Shown here piece by piece: positions 39,440-49,236 of a DNA stretch of 64,000 bases. Under the pieces are notes generated by a model. That model ran no database searches. It saw only the letters and a program-made list of their open reading frames with translations, and was not told the origin of the DNA. Made by a program: the position numbers and the translations under genes. The stretch is taken from positions 96,001 through 160,000 of the IMG/VR virus record IMGVR_UViG_3300044730_002015, one strand, 5' to 3'. The stretch comes from a virus. Within the stretch, counting starts at the first letter, position 1. Each line of letters begins with the position of its first letter.

Positions 39440-39688
39440 ATGGGCAACATGGAATCAATCGTAATCATTGTAGCAGTGGTAGTCATCGCGGGCATTATCT
39501 ATTACAATCGTGCCAATAAAAGTCTTGATGTAAATCAAGATGGCAAAGTCAATGCCAAAGATGTCAAGATTGCTGTGAAAACAGCCGCAGTTGGTGTCAA
39601 GGCAGATGTAGGCAGTGCCAGGGTCGCAGTAAAGAAAGCCGCGGTAAAAGCAAAATCTGCTAGAAGTCGCAAGGCTCCCAAGGCCTAA
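39440..39688 (+). CDS. Small membrane protein with EF-hand-like loop and basic tail
   Basis: TM, DVNQDGKVNAKD, K/A-rich end; TAAATA and AAGGAG upstream. Confidence 0.65.
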   Translation: MGNMESIVIIVAVVVIAGIIYYNRANKSLDVNQDGKVNAKDVKIAVKTAAVGVKADVGSARVAVKKAAVKAKSARSRKAPKA

Positions 39689-39701
39689 CAGCCAAAAAAT
39701 A

Positions 39702-40721
39702 TTATGCTAGTGCTTGTTGGGCAAAGCCATCTCTAGCGAGATTCTTTCCCTTGGCCTCACATTGAATATCAAAATCCGCAATGAAGCCAGCGGCCCAGTC
39801 ATTCACAGCTGAATTCCAATAAAAGTCCGAGTGTGCCCGAAGTTTCTGTTTCTTGTAGCCCTTGGCCAGTAGATCTGCAAGATCAGGCCTGGTTCGGGCA
39901 TCGTGGTCCACAAGAATATCTTCCCGGCTCACTGAGTAATGGCAAGCAGGCCTAACACCACGCCAAGACTCAATCACCCGCTGCACACGAGAATCTACAG
40001 GATCAATGTATTCGCCGCTGTTGATCCAATGATGATGTATGTCCAACACAAGAGCCACACGATCTGCCACAGCCAAAGTCACGTCCAACCCATTTGACAT
40101 CTCGTCATTTTCTATGGAAATTAGATTCCTGGCTTCGGGACTGAGTTTGTCCAGGGTACTAAGGAATTTCACAGGTCCACCCTTGCCCGACAAGTGTACG
40201 TTGATTTTGAACCCATGATCGTGCCAACTAGAGCCATAGCCCATCCAGCGTGCCATGTCTGCGTGGTATTCAAACTCCAAGATACTGCGTTCCACGATAC
40301 CGTCATTTTCGCTGGCCAGCACACAAAACTGCCCGGGGTGGAAACTCAGCCGCACACCCAGGCGTCTGGCTGCTTCACCAACAGGAGCAAAAATACGCTC
40401 ACAGTGATCCTGTATTTCTCGTCGTTGCCACCAGTCGATCCAGGAGGGTTCGGTGTAGCCCTGCAACATCTCTGATCCCAGCCGCACCATGCGCAAGTGC
40501 TCGGGCATGGATCCCACACGCTCTACCATTTTTAGAGCAGCCGCGGCATTGTGGTTCATGATGTCCCATTGGCGTTGATCGGCTTCGTTGGCGTGCTCGC
40601 GCAACCAACGCATTGTGGTTGAGCGACCATTGATGTCGCGATCTTTGGCATTTACTTTCATGCCGCCACACTCTGTGGGATCATTCAACCATTTGCAACA
40701 AAAGCCAATGCGACCTGTCAT
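39702..40721 (-). CDS. uvsE: UV-damage endonuclease
   Basis: RIGFCC, RLSFHPGQF, ISIENDE, DIHHHW, RAHSD, EAKGKN. Confidence 0.9.
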   Translation of the reverse strand: MTGRIGFCCKWLNDPTECGGMKVNAKDRDINGRSTTMRWLREHANEADQRQWDIMNHNAAAALKMVERVGSMPEHLRMVRLGSEMLQGYTEPSWIDWWQRREIQDHCERIFAPVGEAARRLGVRLSFHPGQFCVLASENDGIVERSILEFEYHADMARWMGYGSSWHDHGFKINVHLSGKGGPVKFLSTLDKLSPEARNLISIENDEMSNGLDVTLAVADRVALVLDIHHHWINSGEYIDPVDSRVQRVIESWRGVRPACHYSVSREDILVDHDARTRPDLADLLAKGYKKQKLRAHSDFYWNSAVNDWAAGFIADFDIQCEAKGKNLARDGFAQQALA

Positions 40722-40737
40722 GGGGAGCCTTGTAGTA

Positions 40738-41142
40738 TCAATAAGGGTTATTGTAACACACTAACTGTTTTGTTGCAAGTGCGATGTGTGAGTGGATTTT
40801 AGGGTCTTGGAACTGTCTTCCATATCCATCCCATCGGGCCAGGTTGGCATGATATTTAGATTGGATGTCCCTGCGCTGAACAAGATCATCATTGTCACCA
40901 ACCAACTTGCAAAACTGACCAGAATGAAAACACAGGCACACATCAAGATCCCTAGCCATTTCATTGACAGTTCTGAAAGCATTTTGACACCGCTGTTGAA
41001 TATCAGCCTGCTGCCAAAAACCAATCCTGTCAGGCTCAGAATAGACAGGAAGTATATGGCCAGAAAGTCGTACCATTCAAAGATGTGCATCAAATGTGTG
41101 AACTTTCTCTACCAAAGTGAATGCTGCCTGTACAAGTATCAT
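40738..41142 (-). pseudogene. Decayed uvsE paralog fragment
   Basis: Aligns by eye with the central part of the adjacent UvsE; in-frame TGA at 41077-41079 replaces the Arg of HLRMVRL. Confidence 0.75.
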
Positions 41143-41657
41143 GACAATAATTGTAGCACGTTTTCATATGTGTCGCAAGTGAAATTGGTCAATATTTGGT
41201 AACGTTCGGGTGCTGTTTTTACTGCATCAATCTGCACGAATTGGCAGTTGGTATTGCCAGAAATTATGGTATAAATTTGGTCACTGTATGAAGCAGGTTG
41301 TTCCAGATCAAATCCCAACAGCAATATCAAATCGTACTGCTGGCTGGCGATGCTGACAGCAATGACATCATCTTGATATTCAACATCTGTTCGAGGAAGA
41401 CCTTCAAACCATTTAACGCCCAGCGGTTCGCCTAACTCCTTGCAATAGATTTTGGGAAGATAAAAATTGGCAGCACCTTGAAATGCTCTAGACAGTAGTT
41501 CTCTAGATTTACGTATTTCGCTGCAGGTGCAATTGTCTGTTTTGAATTCGCGCCAGGTGCTCCAGGAGCCCCAGGTGGGAGCTATGTCTTGTAGCCTACC
41601 ATATACCTTGGTGGGTAATAGTTGTAAAGATTCGCTAATGATCCAGGCTACACGCAT
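41139..41657 (-). CDS. Hypothetical protein (ILLLGFD motif)
   Basis: TAAATA-N6-ATG; ORF track. Confidence 0.5.
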   Translation of the reverse strand: MRVAWIISESLQLLPTKVYGRLQDIAPTWGSWSTWREFKTDNCTCSEIRKSRELLSRAFQGAANFYLPKIYCKELGEPLGVKWFEGLPRTDVEYQDDVIAVSIASQQYDLILLLGFDLEQPASYSDQIYTIISGNTNCQFVQIDAVKTAPERYQILTNFTCDTYENVLQLLS

Positions 41658-41716
41658 TTTAGATATTTAGTTACACAAAAAGGGCCCAGGGCCCTTTATT
41701 GTGTGGTTCCTAACTT

Positions 41717-43117
41717 TTACAATCCAAACTTCTTAACAAACTTTGATTTTTTAACAGAAACTTCAAGATCTGGTTTTTTAATTTCAATAGTATCTACGGT
41801 AGCCACCGGCTTGGGTGGTTTGATGGATTCCACGGGTTTCTCAATAGGTGCTTCATCAAGGCCATGAGTTTCCTTCAATCCTAATCTAGTGTTTCCGTAA
41901 TGAATTACTCTAACGTCTTTAGTGCTTTGTAATTTACGCCAGGGATCAACGATTACACTACCCGGCCGTATTTCACAGTAGGGCTGTGTGTCTTGTTGTT
42001 CACCGGTATATTCGTAAGTGATTTTTCTATTGTGTGCCCAAAGGAAAATAGCATTACTGTCAATGCTGTCGATACATTCGTTTCGATCATCGGCCAATGG
42101 ATCAACATAACGAACTCGTTGGCCAGCTTCTTTGACATAATGTCCAATCAGTGTTGAATAAGATCCAATGCAGTATTCAACATCGGGTTTGTAAGCCTTT
42201 CCATGGATCACTATAGGAAGTTTAGTTTCCTCTCTTAATTTCACCAGGAACAAGGCCATGTTTTTTGCTTGTATTTCTCTAGCGTGCATAATGGTATCAA
42301 ACAAGTCGTAGCCAACACCATACTCCTGAGCCAACCAACGCAAGGCAATGTTATCCCTGGGATGGCAAGCGCCGGCGTCGCCCATGCCTGCGGTCATATA
42401 CTTGGGACCTTGCAGTCTCATAGTTGACTTGGCCAAGGCATTGGTAACCACATCAACATCGATGTTGCCGATCTTGATGGCAAAGTCTTGTATCATGTTT
42501 ACGATGCCAACTTTGGCTGAAATATATGTGTTGTAAAAAATCTTGATGGCCTCGCACTCATCCCAAGTCCCGATTTCATAACGTGGATTGTTCTGCATGA
42601 TTGTATCATAGATCTCAATCAGTTCGCTGGCGATACCAGTTTTTTCTCCTGATGCTGTGCCCACGATAACCATTTCAGGATTGGCCATATCCCACTTGAC
42701 TGATCCCATGGCAATGAGATATGGATTGTAAACAAACTGATGCATTTTATCCAGTCTTGTGATAAAATGTTTTCTAGTGGTTCCAGGTAGTACCGTGCTT
42801 ACTAACACAATTTTTTTAGGAGTTTTGGCATAACGATTGATATTATCAATGGCATCAAAAACTGCCAGATGTCCAAAATCCCTGGGTTCTTTATGGCTGC
42901 TAGGCACCGAACCGTCGTATCCTTCGGCGTGTGGCGTTGGCACAGCAATAAAAATCCAATCCGAGTTGTTGATCAACTCAATGACATTGACTACTTTTAC
43001 TGTTTTGCTGGTGCGGGGAACTACGTCATATCCCCATACATCGTGTTTTTCAGCCATGACTTCGGCACAGTCCATGCCTAACTTACCTACACCAATCCAA
43101 CCTATTTTTTTACGCAT
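41717..43117 (-). CDS. UDP-glucose/GDP-mannose 6-dehydrogenase
   Basis: IGVGKLG, AVPTP, STVLPGT, YNP, KIFYN, GACHPRD. Confidence 0.88.
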   Translation of the reverse strand: MRKKIGWIGVGKLGMDCAEVMAEKHDVWGYDVVPRTSKTVKVVNVIELINNSDWIFIAVPTPHAEGYDGSVPSSHKEPRDFGHLAVFDAIDNINRYAKTPKKIVLVSTVLPGTTRKHFITRLDKMHQFVYNPYLIAMGSVKWDMANPEMVIVGTASGEKTGIASELIEIYDTIMQNNPRYEIGTWDECEAIKIFYNTYISAKVGIVNMIQDFAIKIGNIDVDVVTNALAKSTMRLQGPKYMTAGMGDAGACHPRDNIALRWLAQEYGVGYDLFDTIMHAREIQAKNMALFLVKLREETKLPIVIHGKAYKPDVEYCIGSYSTLIGHYVKEAGQRVRYVDPLADDRNECIDSIDSNAIFLWAHNRKITYEYTGEQQDTQPYCEIRPGSVIVDPWRKLQSTKDVRVIHYGNTRLGLKETHGLDEAPIEKPVESIKPPKPVATVDTIEIKKPDLEVSVKKSKFVKKFGL

Positions 43118-43290
43118 ACGAGCCCTCTTTTTGTATTGATATAGATATTTACAAGGCCATAAGCCCACCTAAAAATTTATTGACGCTAAATAATATTGCA
43201 ACACAGTAGGAGGCGAAATACAACAAAATCCACGGATCTCTGGTTAATATCTGAGATCTACCTCTTATGTTAGTGCCTAAGGAAAAACAG

Positions 43291-43860
43291 ATGTTTTCGA
43301 AAAACAAATTCTGGGCCGGCATATTCTTATCTGCTGTCACGACCATTGTGGCAGCTCAGACCGATCCAATCATAACACAAAGCACCAGCACATCCACTAG
43401 CACCACAAATGCCAACAGCGAGACCACAGTGAAATCGCCGCCGCCCACGGCCGTGGCACCTTCCATTAGTTCAATGAACTCGGACCTGTGTGCAGTGGGT
43501 GTATCAGGAGCGGCACAGACCCAGATCCTGGGCATAGCCATTGGTACAACCTTTGTAGACAAAAACTGCGAGCGATTAAAACTCAGCAAAAGCCTCTACG
43601 ACATGGGCATGAAGGTAGCAGCCGTGGCCACCTTGTGTGGCGACGAGCGTGTGTTTGAAGCCATGATGAACGCAGGCACACCCTGTCCTGTAGAAGGCAA
43701 AATCGGAGCCGAAGCTAAATCTATCTGGGAAGAGCGTCGCAATCCCCGAAAGGCCGAAGCACTGCCTGTGGCATCTGCAGATACCAAGAAAGACAAATGG
43801 ACCTGTGAATCCTATGCCGGTGATGATCCTTTAGTGCGACAGAGACTTGGATGCCGGTAG
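43291..43860 (+). CDS. Secreted Cys-containing phage protein
   Basis: Signal peptide; SPPPTA...DLC...NCERLK...GTPCP; AAGGA RBS. Confidence 0.7.
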   Translation: MFSKNKFWAGIFLSAVTTIVAAQTDPIITQSTSTSTSTTNANSETTVKSPPPTAVAPSISSMNSDLCAVGVSGAAQTQILGIAIGTTFVDKNCERLKLSKSLYDMGMKVAAVATLCGDERVFEAMMNAGTPCPVEGKIGAEAKSIWEERRNPRKAEALPVASADTKKDKWTCESYAGDDPLVRQRLGCR

Positions 43861-45342
43861 ATGAATATGTGGCTTCGTTTCTGGATCTACTGGGCCTTGT
43901 TGACCTTTGGATTCTGGCTATATTATCCTGCCTACGGTCAAACAGTCACCGGTAATCTTGTTAACCCTGCTGGAACGGCCTGGGGCATACCCAGTGCTCA
44001 AGTATTGAACTCGGCGGGCATTCTCGCTGTAGAAGGTGGCGGTGCATTTGTACCTGGTAGTCCTTACTACAACTCCGATTTCAACACCATCAGATTTAGT
44101 TACGCTCTAGGCACAGTGGCACAGAGCATAGCCATCAACTCGGCCTTGGCCGGAACTGGCATCAAGTGGTTGGGCTATGACTATTCTTGGCAGATACAGA
44201 ATTCTTCGGGGCAGTCGGGGGGTACTCTGTACGGCACTGTGTCGCTAAATGGCAACAATGGTAAGGCCTTGGAATCCTATGTCTACAACTATCCGCAAGG
44301 TATCACTCCAGCATCAACATTCTTGGCCGACTCGGGACGCCAATTGTTTTCGCAGAGCGGTGGCTACACCACGGGACAGGTCAGCAGTCTTGACATCACC
44401 TGGACCGGTCAGGATAGTCTTTTCTGGATGGGACTATATGGACCGCGTGTACGTAACACCGATGTGAGACTGTTGTATGGAGCAGATCTGTGTGCTGTCA
44501 ACCCCTTGAGTGATCCCACTTGTCCTGGCTATCAGACAGCCATGTGTACTTCTAATCCTCTCAGCAGTGCTCTATGTCCAGGCTACGCCGCAGCCTATCT
44601 ACAACAACAATGCACCATCTCGGCCTTGAGTGATCCTTCTTGCCCGGGATACACCACGGCCTATGTAACACAGCAAATGACCCAGACCTCCTCTGCCACT
44701 GCTTCTACCTCTGCCACCAGCACCACTACAGTGAGTGTGACTGGAACTGTATCAACCACAGAACCCACCATAACCATCGCCACCGATGGCACTGTGACAA
44801 CCACGGTGGCCACTGTGCCCGAGGCCGAAGTCAATGCCGTGGTCACACGCCAGATACCCAGCACAGCCAGTCCCACTGGCACTGTGACACTGCAGGTACA
44901 GACCAAGCCACAGGAAGAAAGCGAAGAAGAACGACGCCGCAGGCTGCGAGCAGCCACTGATGCCGAGCGTGAGATAGCACTCAAAGAAGAAAAGAAACGC
45001 GAAGAAGAAGCCAGCGAGCGTAGGCGAGAACTTGCGGCCAAAATGCGGGCCGCAGCACAAGAGTCTGCCATTGGTCGGGGTCGCGAAGCCATACGTGATG
45101 CCAGTCGTGCCGAGAACATGGAACAACAAGTGGCCAACCAGGCCTTGATCGTGGCCACCATGAACTTTGTTCCGGGATTTGAAAGTTATGGTGTGGCTAG
45201 ATTGCCCGACGCCCCGGGCTATCGTCCCTATGAAATATATCGCGGCCAACAGCCGGTAGACAACCGTAGACTATTACGCGGGCTCACTGGTGCTTCGGAC
45301 CAAAGGCACGCTGACATGGTCAATAGCCAGTATGGGAGATAG
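43861..45342 (+). CDS. Secreted protein with Cys repeats, Thr-rich linker and charged helix
   Basis: Three C..(N)PL(S)xxxCPGY-type repeats; E/R-rich helix. Confidence 0.7.
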   Translation: MNMWLRFWIYWALLTFGFWLYYPAYGQTVTGNLVNPAGTAWGIPSAQVLNSAGILAVEGGGAFVPGSPYYNSDFNTIRFSYALGTVAQSIAINSALAGTGIKWLGYDYSWQIQNSSGQSGGTLYGTVSLNGNNGKALESYVYNYPQGITPASTFLADSGRQLFSQSGGYTTGQVSSLDITWTGQDSLFWMGLYGPRVRNTDVRLLYGADLCAVNPLSDPTCPGYQTAMCTSNPLSSALCPGYAAAYLQQQCTISALSDPSCPGYTTAYVTQQMTQTSSATASTSATSTTTVSVTGTVSTTEPTITIATDGTVTTTVATVPEAEVNAVVTRQIPSTASPTGTVTLQVQTKPQEESEEERRRRLRAATDAEREIALKEEKKREEEASERRRELAAKMRAAAQESAIGRGREAIRDASRAENMEQQVANQALIVATMNFVPGFESYGVARLPDAPGYRPYEIYRGQQPVDNRRLLRGLTGASDQRHADMVNSQYGR

Positions 45343-45344
45343 GC

Positions 45345-45551
45345 GTGGAATATAACCTACTGTTCCAGGCGTTCATGGTTTTCTATCTGCTAGAGATCGC
45401 ATTTGTAGCGGTGTTTGTGTACATGATGTCTCGAGAATATCATATAGAAGAACAGCAGCAGGCCATAGAACTGGCCAGAAACACAGGACCGTCTGCCAGT
45501 GATCTTATAAAAATGCGAGCCCTTGCTCGCGAACTAGAAAGACAAGGGTGA
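45345..45551 (+). CDS. Small membrane protein
   Basis: N-terminal TM; packed in operon. Confidence 0.5.
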   Translation: MEYNLLFQAFMVFYLLEIAFVAVFVYMMSREYHIEEQQQAIELARNTGPSASDLIKMRALARELERQG

Positions 45552-45552
45552 T

Positions 45553-45792
45553 ATGCACATCAAAGAAGCAGTACAGATACTAACAGAAGGCAATCACAGA
45601 TTGGCCTGGCGTACTGATCGTGCCTTGGATCTCTTGAATCAGTGGCGCAGTGCTGCTATTGATGATAAAACTTTCCAGAATGGTATATCTTCGCTGTGTG
45701 AACTGGATCCGCAAGATCTAGCATCAGATGAAGAAGTGCATCTTGATTTGTTTAACAAAACGATGTACGCCATAGCCAATCAAGACAAATAA
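45553..45792 (+). CDS. Hypothetical protein
   Basis: Packed in operon. Confidence 0.5.
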   Translation: MHIKEAVQILTEGNHRLAWRTDRALDLLNQWRSAAIDDKTFQNGISSLCELDPQDLASDEEVHLDLFNKTMYAIANQDK

Positions 45793-45807
45793 CAAAGGAG
45801 CTGTAAA

Positions 45808-46287
45808 ATGACGCAAGAAATCAAAGATGTAAACAAAAAGATAGACGCTGCAGAAGCAGCAGTCAAAAAGTATGCCAGCAAAGACACAGTGATCAGCATA
45901 GGTGGATACGAGTTCACGCCAGCAAAACTCATGGTAGCAGCCACAATAGTTTCGTCTGTTTTGGGCGCACTTTACGGTACTTTTGAAGTGTACAAAAGTT
46001 ACCAGGACATGAAGACCAAGATTGAAAAGTATGTGACTCCGGACCTGACAGAAATTGAAAAGAAACTGGCCATCGTGGAAGAGAACAGCCAGAAGTCATC
46101 GGACTACACACGCGATATCAAGAACGATCTAAGAGCAGATATCCGCAAACTGGAAAAGATAGTGGAAGATGTAGAACGCAGTTCAAAGCAGAGCCAGCGT
46201 GAGCAAGATCGTGATCTGCGTGAAATCCGCCGAGAGATTGACAACAAGATCCAAAAGGCTCTAGACAATCCCCTGGCAGGAAAATAA
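45808..46287 (+). CDS. TM + coiled-coil protein
   Basis: AAGGAG RBS; TM; KALDNPLA end. Confidence 0.65.
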   Translation: MTQEIKDVNKKIDAAEAAVKKYASKDTVISIGGYEFTPAKLMVAATIVSSVLGALYGTFEVYKSYQDMKTKIEKYVTPDLTEIEKKLAIVEENSQKSSDYTRDIKNDLRADIRKLEKIVEDVERSSKQSQREQDRDLREIRREIDNKIQKALDNPLAGK

Positions 46288-46299
46288 AGGTGAAGTTAG

Positions 46300-46743
46300 A
46301 TGTCAGATATAAAGAAGCCTTCGATGGCACGCATAGCCGTGGATACCATCAAGGAGGCCAAAGAAGCCGGCGAAGAGATCGGCAGGATGGTAGCAGAAAT
46401 ACAGGCCGACAACGAGCGTTCGGTCAGGCAGTATCAAGCCCAGGTCATGTCAAAGCGCCGAGAAGAACGCATCCACGAACACGAACTGGATCAGATCGCC
46501 ATGGATCAGTGGATTGCGGAAGAGCAACGCAAAAAACATCAAGAAAAGGTGCGGCAAGATGTAGAACGAACCTACGGTCGGGGCAGTTGGGATAAGATAC
46601 AGGCCACCAAGGCTAGAATAAAACAGATCGAAGCCGAAGATCTTCGGGCAGCCAATGAATTACGCAATCGCATGAATGATTTGCTGTGGTGGTGCCTGGG
46701 CATATCTGCCATACTGGCCTATGCATTCAAACTATACAAATGA
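46300..46743 (+). CDS. Coiled-coil protein with C-terminal TM
   Basis: ORF track; hydrophobic C-terminus. Confidence 0.6.
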   Translation: MSDIKKPSMARIAVDTIKEAKEAGEEIGRMVAEIQADNERSVRQYQAQVMSKRREERIHEHELDQIAMDQWIAEEQRKKHQEKVRQDVERTYGRGSWDKIQATKARIKQIEAEDLRAANELRNRMNDLLWWCLGISAILAYAFKLYK

Positions 46744-46853
46744 GACCCGCACACATATTCGCCTTCACAAGTCTTTTGTGTACATTTTTTTTGCTGTGGC
46801 TAGAACATCAAAAATTCTAGCATTGGTAAATATTCCTGTTAGGAGCAACTGCG

Positions 46854-47126
46854 GTGAACGATAAAAAATTATTCAAGTGGGCGGCCTTGCTGATAGTTTT
46901 ACCCATAGGGTTAGCCATATTCGGCGGTGATAAATTTCGTTATCCCTGTCAAGATCCTGCCAACTGGGATACGCCACAATGTCAAAAACCCTTGTGTGAC
47001 GTCACTCGCACCTGCCCCGAGCACATATTCAAAGGTCAGCGTGATCCTAGACTGGGTCCACCCACAGAAACTGCCCAGGCCCCTGCGCCTGCCGCCAAAC
47101 CACAACAAGGAGCCGAGTGCAAATGA
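46854..47126 (+). CDS. Small Cys-rich exported protein
   Basis: TM; RYPCQDPANW...C..P.C....CPE; AGGAG RBS and TAAATA. Confidence 0.65.
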   Translation: MNDKKLFKWAALLIVLPIGLAIFGGDKFRYPCQDPANWDTPQCQKPLCDVTRTCPEHIFKGQRDPRLGPPTETAQAPAPAAKPQQGAECK

Positions 47127-47440
47127 AACTGTTAGATAAAATCATAGATCGTAGTCCAGAAGAAAAACAAACCTTTATCTATACCGATGAACAGCTCATG
47201 GCCAGACTGCGTTTCTTTATAGGCATCTGTCTAGCATTGACCTTGACTGGTATCGTGTTTGTGGTACTGTACTCGATTATATTTGTCACTCAACCGCTGA
47301 ATGCTATCAGCCCTATAGATCAAAAGTTCTTTGAACTTATCATACCAATCGCAACTTTCTTGACTGGTACATTGTCAGGCATCATGTTGGCCGGCAATGA
47401 CAAAAAGCCCAAGCCCGAAGAATCCAAATCCCAAGATTAA
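47123..47440 (+). CDS. Two-TM membrane protein, holin-like
   Basis: Two TM segments, charged C-tail, ATGA overlap. Confidence 0.5.
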   Translation: MKLLDKIIDRSPEEKQTFIYTDEQLMARLRFFIGICLALTLTGIVFVVLYSIIFVTQPLNAISPIDQKFFELIIPIATFLTGTLSGIMLAGNDKKPKPEESKSQD

Positions 47441-47721
47441 TATTTTTTGCCGTGGCTACGGAAAATAAGATGATTGCCTGCGCCTAGCACACAGGCTCGA
47501 TCAGTGTAGACCACTACCACCGTAAATGATTCGTTGGTTGGATTACTGTAAATGGCCAAGGTGGCTTTGTCTTGTACACTACGGCCCAGCACCACTGGTT
47601 CTTCCTCGTACTCTTTCCTTAGAGTGCGATCCAATGTTTCAAATGTACTGCAATAGAATTCGGCTTTCAAGGGTTTAATTTCTGCCTGGGCCATGAGCGT
47701 GACAAATAGTAAATCAATCAT
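47437..47721 (-). CDS. Small secreted protein
   Basis: Hydrophobic N-terminus, two Cys; ATGA overlap. Confidence 0.5.
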   Translation of the reverse strand: MIDLLFVTLMAQAEIKPLKAEFYCSTFETLDRTLRKEYEEEPVVLGRSVQDKATLAIYSNPTNESFTVVVVYTDRACVLGAGNHLIFRSHGKKY

Positions 47722-48947
47722 GTTTTGTCCTTAGAATTTTGTCCACCGCATATCCACACACAAAGATAGCATCTTAGATGATGGCGATATCGCTGATATA
47801 AAATGAATAGCACAGGCGTGAGAGATATCACTGTGGGCCATACAGGATCAAACAGCACATTGATGTTGGACAAGGCCACAAAAGGCACGCCAGCAGTGAT
47901 GCATAAAATCAGCACAAGTTTCACTACATTTATTACATCTTGCGATCTTTGCCAGAAATACCATAGGGCCAAAAACGCACATATAGATATGATGGTTTCT
48001 AACATGACCACAAATGCAGAACGCAAGGGTGGCGGACCGTCCAGGATGGTCTGTAGAGCGTGTGCCTGTATCACGTGGGAGTACATCAGTCCATTGGGAG
48101 TTGACAGTTGACTATTAACTCCTGATAGACTGGTACCCACTATCACTATTTTGTTTTTTACAGCTTTGAATCGATCCTGCCCTAGTTTAAGAGTTTTGAA
48201 CTCGTGATCGTAGTTGATGTAAAATTTGCCTGAACTGTCAGTGGCGATATTAAGAAACTGTCCTATACCAATACGCACACCTTTTCCGGTGTGTTTGAAA
48301 TCATAATTGGACTCGTGTACTGTGTATCTCAGCGCTTCTATGATGGGACTGGCGTGTAGCACACCGTTGACTGGCACCACTAATGGATATTTGTTGTACA
48401 AATCAGATGCTGTGGAAAAGTCTGTGGTACCCACACCCGATGCAGATTGTATCAACTTTGGCAGCGGAGATACTGTGCCACTGTATTGATGCATTTGATC
48501 TAGATTTTTTTGATCCAACCCTTGGAATTTTTTCGGAGTATATGAACTACCCGTTGAGTCCATGGTGGCCTGCTGTACCAGGATCACGCCTTTGGAGGCC
48601 AGTGCTTTGGCCAACTCCTCATCGCCACGAGCACGATCTGGATCTTCTAGGGGTATGTCCAAGATAATGGCACCGGCGCCTTCGGTTCTCAATCGATTGA
48701 CAACGGCAGCAACATCACGGCGATCAAATGGCCAGCGACCGTATTTGGCTTGGCTGGATTGATCTATGTCTACTATCACAATATCATCGCTGATTCTAGA
48801 ATGGCTGCTGCTGGTAACCCAGGCCAGGCCTTGTTTTCCTATGCCAAATAAATCCATGGCCTGTAGTATCACCAAAACGGTCAACACCAGGCCTGGCACC
48901 AAGATGCTGCGGAAAGATTGCATATGAGATTTGATTTTTTCTATCAC
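47718..48947 (-). CDS. CHASE2-domain membrane sensor lacking an output domain
   Basis: IVIVDID..S...YGRWPFDR, GDEELAKAL, KNKIVIVGT, TPNG....VIQA; three TMs then stop. Confidence 0.8.
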   Translation of the reverse strand: MIEKIKSHMQSFRSILVPGLVLTVLVILQAMDLFGIGKQGLAWVTSSSHSRISDDIVIVDIDQSSQAKYGRWPFDRRDVAAVVNRLRTEGAGAIILDIPLEDPDRARGDEELAKALASKGVILVQQATMDSTGSSYTPKKFQGLDQKNLDQMHQYSGTVSPLPKLIQSASGVGTTDFSTASDLYNKYPLVVPVNGVLHASPIIEALRYTVHESNYDFKHTGKGVRIGIGQFLNIATDSSGKFYINYDHEFKTLKLGQDRFKAVKNKIVIVGTSLSGVNSQLSTPNGLMYSHVIQAHALQTILDGPPPLRSAFVVMLETIISICAFLALWYFWQRSQDVINVVKLVLILCITAGVPFVALSNINVLFDPVWPTVISLTPVLFILYQRYRHHLRCYLCVWICGGQNSKDKT

Positions 48948-49236
48948 GGTAGATATTGATTTTATACTCTACTGCGAATTACTGCTAGTAGTTAGGTTAA
49001 GTTGACAGGGATTTTGAACATTGGCATTGCTGCCTTGATTGATCTGTAGTCTATCAAGTTCTGCAATCACACCTACATATAACAACAGATCTTTATTCAT
49101 GATATCACATAGAAAAATGTCGTTGATTTGCATCAACGACATAGTTTCCACGGCTTGCCTCCGCTGGGGTCTACAAATATTTACGGCGCAATCATACAAA
49201 ATAAACTGAGCATACAAAGAAAACATAAATTATTGC

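Noticed and set aside
41077-41079. In-frame TGA as evidence of stop-codon recoding
   Set aside because: TGA, TAG and TAA all end conserved genes at expected positions (clpP TGA, uvsE TAA, MTases TAG), and the fragment is decayed elsewhere
48969-49226. 85-aa ORF between the CHASE2 and phosphoesterase genes
   Set aside because: No recognisable motif and uncertain start; overlaps divergent promoter-like sequence, so not supportable
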